DNA of 32,000 nucleotides from Candidatus Saccharimonadota bacterium (GCF_965196625.1 NZ_OZ239769.1:510001-542000); one strand, 5' to 3'. Positions 7,989 through 16,166 are shown, counted from the first letter of the stretch. Notes: generated from the letters alone by a model not told the origin. Made by a program: numbers and translations.

Positions 7989-10652
7989 ATGGCGCATGTT
8001 CCACCTATTTTTAAAGGAATGATTTGTATCAGTTTACTAGCTATGGCTATGTCGACAGCTGATTCTAAGTTGAATGCCTGTGCGGTTATGATTAGCCATG
8101 ATATGGTGCAAAGTGTACGTGGTCCAAATAAAGCACCTTATGCGCACCAGCTCCGGTTGGCTACGTGGACGAGTGTAATGATAGGTTTATTGGCTATGCT
8201 ATTGACTTTTTATTGTAATGATCTGTTGAATTTACTCAAGTTAAGTTTAGATCTTTCGCTGCCTATAGCAACTGCTCCTTTTATTTTAGCTGTTTTAGGC
8301 TTTCGGGGTACCCCTCGTACAGCTTTGGTCGGTATATGTACAGGCATAGTATCTATTTTAGCTTGGAATCAATGGATTGAACCCACAACGGATATAAATG
8401 GTTCTTTTATTTGTATGTTGGCCAATGGCTTGGCTATGATGGTTGCCCATTATTTATTCAAACAGCCAGAAGATTCAGGTTGGGTTGGACCCGATCATGC
8501 TTTTATACAAATGCGACAACTCTATGCACGCAGGCAGCGCGCGCGCAAAGAAGCGATTAAAAATGGCTTGCGATACATCAACCATACTTTGGCTAAGCTC
8601 CAACCGAGTCATGCTACGCTAACCTGTTTGGGGCTTTATGTGGTCATCAGTAATATACTAACGTATTGCATAGGCTCTATTACTGATCATGGCTATTGGC
8701 TTGTTGCGCAACTCTTGGTAGGGGGTTATTTTTTGGGGTATAGTACATTTCTTTTAGAAAAGGTACAATTTATTCCAGGTTGGCTGTTTGGCCTATTTTG
8801 GCTGATCGGTTTATCTTTTTGCTTTCCTATTAATGTGCTTTGGCATTGGTGGCATGGTACCAATCTTTTCTTAACCTTAGGCTTATCTTTGGCCCATTTG
8901 GCGGTTGTCTTATTGGTGCTTCCTTTGTATCTGGGTGTAAGCTTTTTGGTAACTACCCTATGCATGGCGACCTATCTTAGCTCTATTTATTGTACCCAGC
9001 CATTGGTATTGGTACTGCCACCACTAGGTGTAGCGTGGATGTTGTTGCTCTATTTGGGATTCAGTTTGCTTATTTTTGGCATTTTTATTTGCTTCAAGGC
9101 TAAGATCCATAGCTGCTTTGAACAAGTAGGCTATCTCAAGGATAGAGCAAAGATTAGCGCATCTCAAAAACTCAAAGAAGCGCTCTATGACGCAGCTATG
9201 GTGCCCTCTACTGGTGTTGGTGCAGCTAAAGGCTATGGCTTTATTTTAGGAAAAGTCGTTCATAAAATAGAGGAGTCTATCTCCTTTTTAGATAGCAATG
9301 TTCCCCTTTATAAGCAAGATTTTCACGGTATTATTAATAAATTGTATGATTGGATCGCCTATTTTAATAGGAAAGAAAAAGCCAAAGACCATGCGCTGCT
9401 AGAACCTACTAAAATTAGTTTAGATAAGTTGATTCGTAAAATAGAATTTGCCTTGTCACAAGAGGTGGCTGATCCACCTAGGCTATTGGTAGAGCAAGCA
9501 GCGGACGCGATTGGTGTGCCATTTCCATATATTACATGTGATGTCAATCAGGTAGTCTATTCGTTGGTGAAAGCTATTTTACAGGTTGCTGATCAGTTAG
9601 ATGGCGTTGGTGTACCAATGGTGCGGATACAATTGCATGCCACCTTTTTGCAATTTAAACAAGCAGATTCTATTGACCATTGCTATTCTCCTTTTATGCT
9701 TTTTCAGGCTACTGGGCTATTGGTCAGCGATGCGGCCATCTCTTCTGAGTGCCTTGCTAAGGTTAAGCCTTTGTACGATGATAGCGTAGAGGCTTTCTGT
9801 CCTGAAATGGGGCAGGTAGTGCCGCCATCTATAGATCTACATCAGGAAACCATATCCAGTATGATTCGTGCCCACTATGGCTATTTCGAATACCCTGCTA
9901 ATGGCCATCAAAAAGCTATGCTGATGGTACTTCCTATTGATGTTACCGAAATTCGCGATAAGATGATGGTAAAGCTACCCATAGATTGTTTAGCCTTAAC
10001 AACGCCTGTCACGCCTAAGGAACAGGCCGATTCGATGATGGTATTAATGAAATTTCATGACTATGTCTGTAAGGCTTCCTATAACGTGGATCCTATTGAT
10101 CTAGCTACGATTTCGAATCTCCTTTTATTACTCAGACAGCACTTTGGCTTTAAGCGACATGCTTCCGGTCAATTGTTTTATGTACGTGCGGTAGGGATTG
10201 CAGAATTGGTCGTAAAATGGGTTTTTCACTCTCCTAAGGTAATTTATGCCTCTTTGCTTTATGAGTTGGTGCGCCATACTTGTTTGCCCTTTTCTTATAT
10301 CAAGGAGCATTATAATGTAGGCGTCTATGCTTTTGTGTTAAATGTGGTGGGTATAGATAAGCGGCAAGCATTAGATCATCCTTCTTTGCTCTGTGTACAG
10401 AATCGTTTGAAAGACGCTATTAAAGAAGAGCATGTACAACTTTCAGTTCTTTTCATTAAACTGGCCGAACGACTCTATGACTTGCGTCATGCTTCAGGGT
10501 ACACTATGTTAGAGGAGGTAAAATATATGGCTTATGAAACCCTTGCAGTAGATGTTGAGCTGGCCAAGCAATATTTAGATCCCGAAATAGCAGAAGCATT
10601 AGCTGCCGCAGCTGAGCAGGCATTGCAGATCTACCATCGAAAAACAAGTTAG
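7989..10652 (+). CDS. Continuation of the SSS transporter, fused to extra TM helices, a histidine-kinase-like region and a degenerate RelA/SpoT-type HD domain
   Basis: The frame is open back to 7884. LLAMAMSTADSKLNA is the conserved SSS TM8-type motif. A second TM bundle of about 6 helices covers aa ~210-375. aa ~480-650 weakly resemble HATPase_c (ITCDVNQVVYSLVKAILQVAD; IRAHYGYFEY...MLMVLPID). aa ~715-840 align to the Rel/SpoT hydrolase domain. Confidence 0.75.
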   Translation: MAHVPPIFKGMICISLLAMAMSTADSKLNACAVMISHDMVQSVRGPNKAPYAHQLRLATWTSVMIGLLAMLLTFYCNDLLNLLKLSLDLSLPIATAPFILAVLGFRGTPRTALVGICTGIVSILAWNQWIEPTTDINGSFICMLANGLAMMVAHYLFKQPEDSGWVGPDHAFIQMRQLYARRQRARKEAIKNGLRYINHTLAKLQPSHATLTCLGLYVVISNILTYCIGSITDHGYWLVAQLLVGGYFLGYSTFLLEKVQFIPGWLFGLFWLIGLSFCFPINVLWHWWHGTNLFLTLGLSLAHLAVVLLVLPLYLGVSFLVTTLCMATYLSSIYCTQPLVLVLPPLGVAWMLLLYLGFSLLIFGIFICFKAKIHSCFEQVGYLKDRAKISASQKLKEALYDAAMVPSTGVGAAKGYGFILGKVVHKIEESISFLDSNVPLYKQDFHGIINKLYDWIAYFNRKEKAKDHALLEPTKISLDKLIRKIEFALSQEVADPPRLLVEQAADAIGVPFPYITCDVNQVVYSLVKAILQVADQLDGVGVPMVRIQLHATFLQFKQADSIDHCYSPFMLFQATGLLVSDAAISSECLAKVKPLYDDSVEAFCPEMGQVVPPSIDLHQETISSMIRAHYGYFEYPANGHQKAMLMVLPIDVTEIRDKMMVKLPIDCLALTTPVTPKEQADSMMVLMKFHDYVCKASYNVDPIDLATISNLLLLLRQHFGFKRHASGQLFYVRAVGIAELVVKWVFHSPKVIYASLLYELVRHTCLPFSYIKEHYNVGVYAFVLNVVGIDKRQALDHPSLLCVQNRLKDAIKEEHVQLSVLFIKLAERLYDLRHASGYTMLEEVKYMAYETLAVDVELAKQYLDPEIAEALAAAAEQALQIYHRKTS
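10131..10500 (+). other. Segment encoding a catalytically degenerate RelA/SpoT (p)ppGpp-hydrolase-type HD domain
   Basis: LRQHFGFKRHASGQLFYVRAVGIAEL matches H.GQ.R.SGEPYI.HP..VA.ILAE. ASLLYELVRHT matches AALLHDVIEDT. VLFIKLAERLYDLR matches VILIKLADRTHNMR. The HP His becomes Arg, HD becomes YE, and ED becomes RH. Confidence 0.55.
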
Positions 10653-10844
10653 GCATGGTGGCTTTTTATAACCTGATATTGCGTACCATTCTTTTCGCCT
10701 TGTAACAAGGAGGCTATGCTAGATTTTCTAGCTGCTAACCTATCTGCAGATATATTTAGTGCAATAGATCAGTTGTCTTTTCATCGCATTGGTTTTTATG
10801 CGATTATATTTTTGTAGCTTCTGATCCTGCACTTATTTTATAAA

Positions 10845-10912
10845 GTGTGTTTTACTAAAACCGCAGATTGTTGCATTATTTTACTGTGTGCCAAATTCTT
10901 TATCGGCGGCAA
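10845..10912. repeat. Partial, rearranged copy of the palindromic element found at 15848-16043
   Basis: gttgcattattttactgtgtgccaaattctttatcggcggc (10870-10910) closely matches the right arm at 15993-16036. It is preceded by gttttactaaaaccgc, which resembles the other arm. Confidence 0.7.
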
Positions 10913-11165
10913 CCAGAGCGCGGCATACGAACGGCTTATTAAAGAAAACGTTAATGCAATTTCAATTACTCAACATATGATTGAACAGACTCATCTTAGA
11001 TTATTGTATTTTTAAATTAAATTTTATAATATCAACTCTTGTGTATTAAGTCAAGTGATATATGTGTTCAATACAATCTGGTTTATGCTTACAACCTACC
11101 TATAGGGCTTCATAGGCTAGATTTGTATCCGGTTTTTTATATTTCATATCAAAATAAGATAGGCT

Positions 11166-12032
11166 ATGGTCATTAAAAATTTTTTTTTATACGCTTTGCC
11201 CATGTTGGCTGGATGTAATCGTCTGATTCAAAATGCTGTTAATTACGAAGGCAGATTAAAAGCTGATTCTCCTGATGCTGTTGGTGCTACTTGTATGGCT
11301 ACTGATGGTAGGTATATTGCGCCTGTTATTGCTATTGTTGCTGCTATGGCTGACCATTTTATGCATGTTTTTCGTGCTGAAGATCTTGCTAGGTACCATG
11401 CTGCTGATAGCATGCGTGAGGCTGATCGGTATCTGCGTACTATTGTTTCCCATCCTACGCTTATCGCTCAGAATATATCTAATGATATGTTCGATCGTGC
11501 GTGTGTTAAGGCTACTGCTGCTTGTAATGAGGCTAAGGTTGCTGCTGATCATGCAGATGTTGCGCGTGCGCTTGTTAAGCCTGCTGTTGAAGTTGGCGCT
11601 ACGCTTGTCCCTGCTGTTATGCTTGTTATTGACGCTGCTGTTGCGCGTGGTAAGGCTGCTGCTGATCATGCTGAGGCTACTATTAAGGGTGCCAACGCGG
11701 CCGCTGCTCGTACCAATGCTACTGCTGCTCGAGCCAATGCTAAGGGTGTTATTCATGCAACGGTTGCACTTGCTGATCATATTGCTGCTTATACTGAGGC
11801 TGATGCTAAGCTTGCTAATGATATTGCACTTCGTGCTCAATCTGCTGCTAAAGTTGCCAACAATGTTGCTTTTAGTGTGCTTTTTGATGGGCTTTCTAAC
11901 GTTTCTGCTGCTCAGCTGCCTGTTGATCTTCAGTTTGCCCAGGCTGCTCTTGTGCATCATCTTACGAAGTGCTTACCGGCTGCGCCATTTCATCTGAATA
12001 AGCTGAAAAATACTTTCTCCTGCCATGATTAA
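11166..12032 (+). CDS. Ala-rich predicted lipoprotein (family member 1)
   Basis: ATG start and a signal peptide with a canonical lipobox (MLAGC, Cys17). The mature part is Ala-rich and carries four A-D-H motifs. A paralogous signal peptide occurs at 14730. The last 60 nt overlap the 3' end of the convergent GT2 gene. Confidence 0.65.
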   Translation: MVIKNFFLYALPMLAGCNRLIQNAVNYEGRLKADSPDAVGATCMATDGRYIAPVIAIVAAMADHFMHVFRAEDLARYHAADSMREADRYLRTIVSHPTLIAQNISNDMFDRACVKATAACNEAKVAADHADVARALVKPAVEVGATLVPAVMLVIDAAVARGKAAADHAEATIKGANAAAARTNATAARANAKGVIHATVALADHIAAYTEADAKLANDIALRAQSAAKVANNVAFSVLFDGLSNVSAAQLPVDLQFAQAALVHHLTKCLPAAPFHLNKLKNTFSCHD

Positions 12033-12689
12033 ACGCATTTTAGACTTCCCTCGTATTCTATTTGTAAATGTAATAGGTAGTTCTGCTATACCAGCGCCAT
12101 ATTCATAAGCTAGAAATTTTATTTCTACTTGAAAACTATACCCTACAGAAGCTATATTCAAAATATTTTTCAATAGGGTTTTTCGATAACAAACAAAGCC
12201 AGCGGTAGTATCTTTGATAGGCATGCCTGTAATGGAGCGCGCAAACCAATTGGCCAAACGGGATAATAAGATTCTAGGCAGTGGCCAGTTTACCACACGT
12301 CCATCTGTAATGTAACGAGAGCCAATCACCATATCGATGCTAGGCTTGGCACAGATGGATAAAAGTAAAGGCAAATCAGTAGGTTGATGCGAAAAATCGG
12401 CATCCATGGTGCAAATATAATCGTAATCATAGGTCAATGCCCAACGAAAGCCTGCTAAGTAGGCTGGACCGATCCCCTCTTTTTGAGGTCGATTTAAAAG
12501 ATGCAATTCGTCAGGGTAACGTTTTTGCAGCTTTATTACTACATCAGCTGTACCATCTGCGGAGCGGTCATCTACTACCAGTACATGTAACCCTATTTTT
12601 AATTGAAAAATAGCTGTTAGCAATAGCTCAATATTTTCTTGTTCATTGTAAGTGGGTATAACCACTATAGCGCGAAGAAAGGCTGACAT
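11973..12689 (-). CDS. GT2-family glycosyltransferase, polyprenol-phosphate mannosyl/glucosyl-transferase (Dpm1-like)
   Basis: VVIPTYNEQENI...VVDDRSADGT...MDADFSHQP are classic GT-A/GT2 DxD-type motifs. It lies 2 nt downstream of uvrC on the same strand. Confidence 0.9.
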   Translation of the reverse strand: MSAFLRAIVVIPTYNEQENIELLLTAIFQLKIGLHVLVVDDRSADGTADVVIKLQKRYPDELHLLNRPQKEGIGPAYLAGFRWALTYDYDYICTMDADFSHQPTDLPLLLSICAKPSIDMVIGSRYITDGRVVNWPLPRILLSRLANWFARSITGMPIKDTTAGFVCYRKTLLKNILNIASVGYSFQVEIKFLAYEYGAGIAELPITFTNRIRGKSKMRLIMAGESIFQLIQMKWRSR

Positions 12690-12691
12690 TT

Positions 12692-14524
12692 TTATAATCT
12701 GTTTGAGTTATCTTCAGGTAAAATCGTTTGCGTTAAAAAATAATTATGCAGCAGCTTCGCCTTGGACGGCCCAACTACTGCATCTAATGCTGCCAAAGAA
12801 CTCGTTTGAATCGTTTTAGGACTACCCAGCCGTTTGAACAGTTTATCTAATGTTTTGGGGCCAATACCTGGAATATCCTTCCAAGGCGTGTGAAATGCGC
12901 TTTTACTACGTTGTTTTCTATGAAAGGTAATCGCAAAACGATGGGCTTCATTTCTTAACTGTTGGAGCAATTTAAGTGAAGAAGATTGTTTATTCAAATA
13001 CAAAGGGAAGGGATCATTGGGAAAGTAGAGTTCCTCTAATCGTTTGGCTATACTGATAATGGCTACTCTTCCGTAGATGCCTAATTCCTCTAGTGCCCGT
13101 AATGCCGCATTGAGTTGTCCTTTTCCACCGTCTATTACAATTAAATGAGGCAATGCTTCTTGCGTGTTTGCAAGCGGTCTACTATAACGTCGCTTTATGA
13201 TTTCATACATAGAGGCAAAATCATCTGGCCCTTCTACCGTTTTAATATGATAGTGCCGGTAATCTTTTTTAGAGGGTTTGCCATCCTTAAAACAAACCAT
13301 AGCAGCTACTGGATGCGCGCCTTGAATATTAGAATTATCAAAACATTCTATCCAATAAGGCACATCTTTTAACTTTAAATCATGTTGCAATTTTACAAGC
13401 GTTAAATTGGGGTTTTCATGAAAATTAGATTTTTTATATAAAAAATCTTTTTTACACAATAAGGCATTTTGCAGGGCCAGATCTACTAATTTCCGTTTAT
13501 CACCAATTTTAGGCATGGTGATAGCAAAGGGGCCTATCGTTAGGCTAAGTGGCAGATTCACCAACACTTCTGGCGCATTACTATTGCTGCAAGAACGGAG
13601 CGCACAGACCAGTAAAGGGACTAGATCAGTGACTTCTTCTTCCAACTTTTTAGTGAGCACACGGTGTTGGGTAAAAGAAATAGCGCCTTGCTTAATATGT
13701 AAATACCCTACAAAGGCATGCTGTTCATCTGAAATGATGGCTACTACATCTAAATCGCCCACTAGTGGATTGATCACTAAAGATTTCGATTGGTATTGAT
13801 CCAATACCATTAGCTTTTCTTTAAAGCGTTGTGCTTGTTTATAATCTAGCCGCTGCGCAGCCGCTAACATCTCTTCCTTAAATATTTTTTTTAAAATCGT
13901 AAAATTATTTTTAAGCAAGGCCTCTATCTGATCGATCTCTTTTTGATAGTGTATTTCATCTTGAAGCGCTTGGCAAGGCCCCTTACAATGGCCCAAATGA
14001 TAGTCCAAACAGACTTTAAACTTATTGTTGGCAATATTTACCTGCGAGAGGTTGTAATTACAGGTACGGAAAGTAAACAATTTTTTGATGACCTCTAAGG
14101 TTTGCTTAATAGCGTAAGCGCTGGTAAAGGGGCCATAGTATTTTCCCAAAGGAGGGACGGTCTTACGGGTGATGATGACCTTAGGGAATCGATCATTTGT
14201 AATACATAAATAGGGATAGGTTTTGCCATCTTTAAGCAAGATATTATACCTTGGCTGCAGCGCTTTGATCAAGTTGTTTTCTAAAAGCAGTGCCTCATAT
14301 TCGGAATGTAGCGCAGTATAGGCAATAGAGACAATTTGCGTAATCATACGCGCTGTTTTTAGGTTATGTACTTTACTGGCCGCAAAGTAATCACCTACCC
14401 TTTTTTTTATATTTTTGGCCTTTCCTACATAAATTACCTCTTCTTTTTGGTTATAGAATAGATAAATACCGGGCAATGTCGGCAGGTGTTGTATCTCACT
14501 AGGGGTATAGCGTGGTGTTTCCAT
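12692..14524 (-). CDS. uvrC: Excinuclease ABC subunit C
   Basis: GIY-YIG N-terminus (PGIYLFYNQKEEVIYVGKAKNIKKRV), a UvrBC-interaction region, an RNase H-like endonuclease domain and a C-terminal (HhH)2 domain. Length 610 aa. Confidence 0.95.
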   Translation of the reverse strand: METPRYTPSEIQHLPTLPGIYLFYNQKEEVIYVGKAKNIKKRVGDYFAASKVHNLKTARMITQIVSIAYTALHSEYEALLLENNLIKALQPRYNILLKDGKTYPYLCITNDRFPKVIITRKTVPPLGKYYGPFTSAYAIKQTLEVIKKLFTFRTCNYNLSQVNIANNKFKVCLDYHLGHCKGPCQALQDEIHYQKEIDQIEALLKNNFTILKKIFKEEMLAAAQRLDYKQAQRFKEKLMVLDQYQSKSLVINPLVGDLDVVAIISDEQHAFVGYLHIKQGAISFTQHRVLTKKLEEEVTDLVPLLVCALRSCSNSNAPEVLVNLPLSLTIGPFAITMPKIGDKRKLVDLALQNALLCKKDFLYKKSNFHENPNLTLVKLQHDLKLKDVPYWIECFDNSNIQGAHPVAAMVCFKDGKPSKKDYRHYHIKTVEGPDDFASMYEIIKRRYSRPLANTQEALPHLIVIDGGKGQLNAALRALEELGIYGRVAIISIAKRLEELYFPNDPFPLYLNKQSSSLKLLQQLRNEAHRFAITFHRKQRSKSAFHTPWKDIPGIGPKTLDKLFKRLGSPKTIQTSSLAALDAVVGPSKAKLLHNYFLTQTILPEDNSNRL

Positions 14525-14729
14525 AATTGATCACAAACCTTGACTTCTATGACAAGGGTCTTATACTTTTAACTTGCATATATAAATTATATTTTGTAAG
14601 ATCTGACTTTATTCAGTTGGCCTTATATTTAATAGCATGACCCTTAGCTTAAAGTCTTACCTAAGCTAGGTGTTCATAAAAGCTAACGTTACTATTTAGG
14701 GCCACTGCCCATATAAAGATAAATCAGTT

Positions 14730-15716
14730 ATGACAAGTAAAAAATTTGTTGCATGCATTTTGTTTATGTTGGCTGGATGCAATCATCTAACCCAGTACCA
14801 CAATGATACACCTGATAATCACATATCAGATACGCACCCACAGGGTGAAGCCACTCCTAATGGAAATTATGTTAAGAATCATAAAGCTATTCTGTCACAG
14901 CATTGTGTTGAATTTGCTGATTTACTCAATAATCATTGGCAGGTGTTTGAATCTCCTACTACTGGCCCTAGTGGAGCGGAAGCGCAAACAGTTACGGGTC
15001 TAGCTGATATCGCTATCCTAAGTCTTGACAGTCTTTATAAGGTGTTTGCTTACGTTCTTAATCCTAGCCTTGATAAGATCAATTTACCTGCTGCTGAGGA
15101 CATCCATGATATTGCCGCTAGAATTGGCTTTACCCTGACTCCTGAGTTTAATAGGATTTGTTTGGCACTTCGCGAGCGTAACAATTGGACCCTTGAAGTG
15201 GTTACCCAACTTGGTAAGGCTTATGCCATTTGTGCTTTTTATAGCGCGCATCGTGCTTATGCTATGCATCGTTCGCCTACTATTACTAATAAGGCGCTTA
15301 ATAAGGCGCTCAACGCTGCTGCCATTGCTGCTATTGCTACACAACTTACTGCTACTTTTATTGATGAGACCTGTGGTAATGCTATGAATACGCTTATTAA
15401 CGCTCAGGCCGTTCATCATATTACGCAGCTTGCTGTTTCTGCAGGCATTCAGCTCACGTCTGCTGCTATAACTACTACTATTTTTGCTGCTTATTCTGCT
15501 GCTGATCGCATCACGCGTGCTGCCCCTGATCCTGCTGTGTTTAATCGTACGCACATTAGGGCGATGATTGATACTTACAGAGGAGCCCTTGGTAATAGGA
15601 ATACTCTGTATGAGCTTTGTACCGCAGTTCGTAGTATTCCTTCTTATGAACTTGACCGTCCTCTTGCTGAAATTGCGCTTGCTGCGCATAGCGCTAGGGT
15701 CGCTTACAGTTCCTAA
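14730..15716 (+). CDS. Ala-rich predicted lipoprotein (family member 2)
   Basis: Signal peptide with the same lipobox (MLAGC, Cys17). 22 of 25 nt are identical to 11202-11226. The C-terminal two-thirds are Ala/Thr/Ile-rich with the same third-position bias. It shares the AQA(x)VHH(L/I)T motif with member 1. Confidence 0.65.
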   Translation: MTSKKFVACILFMLAGCNHLTQYHNDTPDNHISDTHPQGEATPNGNYVKNHKAILSQHCVEFADLLNNHWQVFESPTTGPSGAEAQTVTGLADIAILSLDSLYKVFAYVLNPSLDKINLPAAEDIHDIAARIGFTLTPEFNRICLALRERNNWTLEVVTQLGKAYAICAFYSAHRAYAMHRSPTITNKALNKALNAAAIAAIATQLTATFIDETCGNAMNTLINAQAVHHITQLAVSAGIQLTSAAITTTIFAAYSAADRITRAAPDPAVFNRTHIRAMIDTYRGALGNRNTLYELCTAVRSIPSYELDRPLAEIALAAHSARVAYSS

Positions 15717-15847
15717 ATATTATCTGAATCAGCCAAAAAATTTTGTATCTATTCACGCAATTGTGTCAACTTAAGAAGAATATTTTATTGACTATCAACA
15801 TAAAATATCATACTTATTGCATTCGCCTCAATGGCGTGAAGTTAAAG

Positions 15848-16043
15848 CGCTAATGGCCGCCGATAAAGGAATTTGGCGCTTTTAGTAAAACGGTAGTCTT
15901 TGGACGAACGCTTTTTCAGCGGGAAAATCAGAACTAGCCCGCTATGCGGGCTTCAGACAAAACTGATTTTCTGATCCGCTGAAAAAGCGTTCGTTGCATT
16001 ATTTTTACTGTGTGCCAAATTCATTTATCGAGGGCCATTAGCG
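15848..16043. repeat. 196-bp near-perfect palindromic (MITE/REP-like) element
   Basis: Outer arms are cgctaatggccgccgataaaggaatttggc... and ...gccaaattcatttatcgagggccattagcg. Inner arms are perfect 19-mers: acgaacgctttttcagcgg (15904-15922) and ccgctgaaaaagcgttcgt (15976-15994). Further in are gaaaatcag/ctgattttc and a central hairpin, agcccgc-tat-gcgggct. Confidence 0.85.
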
Positions 16044-16093
16044 TATGTGTTCATAACATTGATAAAAAAGTAACCAAAAAATCAAGCGCTGAT

Positions 16094-16150
16094 GGAAAAA
16101 GCTGCTGAAAGCACAACTTTTTCCAAGGTGCGTTTTTCCTATTTTTAGGA
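16094..16150 (+). repeat. Short structured repeat (family 3), copy A; the inverted copy is at 28870-28947
   Basis: ggaaaaagctgctgaaagcacaactttttccaaggtgcgtttttcctatttttagga. Its reverse complement aligns with 28870-28947, with a block of indels. It contains a ggaaaaag/ctttttcc stem. Confidence 0.6.
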
Positions 16151-16166
16151 CATTTTATTTAAAATA

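Larger units (their letters stand above)
7270..10652 (+). pseudogene. The two ORFs above read as a single gene interrupted by a +/-1 frameshift between 7884 and 7902 (or by a sequencing error)
   Basis: The frame-1 stop is at 7903-7905. Frame 0 is open from 7884 and continues as hydrophobic transporter sequence (ISLFSFIITIFIILIGLFVFVGAPGL...). Confidence 0.55.

Noticed and set aside
11118-11125. TAGATTTG, matching the Bacteroidota -7 promoter consensus TAnnTTTG, 41 nt upstream of the first Ala-rich gene
   Set aside because: No accompanying -33 TTG lies at the expected spacing, and such 8-mers are frequent in AT-rich DNA. This was too weak to list as a feature.
11256-11997. Long ORFs 11275..11997 (+, Leu-rich) and 11256..11960 (-, Ser/Asn/Ile-rich) overlapping the Ala-rich lipoprotein gene
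   Set aside because: Both are low-complexity read-outs of GCT/GTT/GAT-type codons in shifted or complementary frames. They stay open only because A is missing at sense position 3. The frame starting at 11166 has the ATG, the lipobox and a paralogue. Antisense coding cannot be formally excluded without expression data.
368-14000. Short antisense or shifted ORFs inside gyrA (368..553, 784..975), the TPR gene (4048..4296), the symporter fusion (8726.., 9359.., 9601.., 10128..) and uvrC (13145.., 13515..)
   Set aside because: All are nested within longer ORFs with strong family signatures. I treat them as shadow ORFs.
11166-15716. Diversity-generating retroelement or cassette-type variation system as an explanation for the odd Ala-rich genes
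   Set aside because: I saw no reverse transcriptase, no template/variable repeat pair, and no silent cassette array in the window. The bias is a depletion of A at position 3, which differs from the adenine-specific mutagenesis pattern of a DGR.
15084-15774. ORFs 15084..15689 (-), 15193..15387 (+), 15568..15774 (+) and 14803..15003 (+) inside or next to the second Ala-rich gene
   Set aside because: These show the same compositional artefact as above. They have no independent start context and no recognisable motifs.
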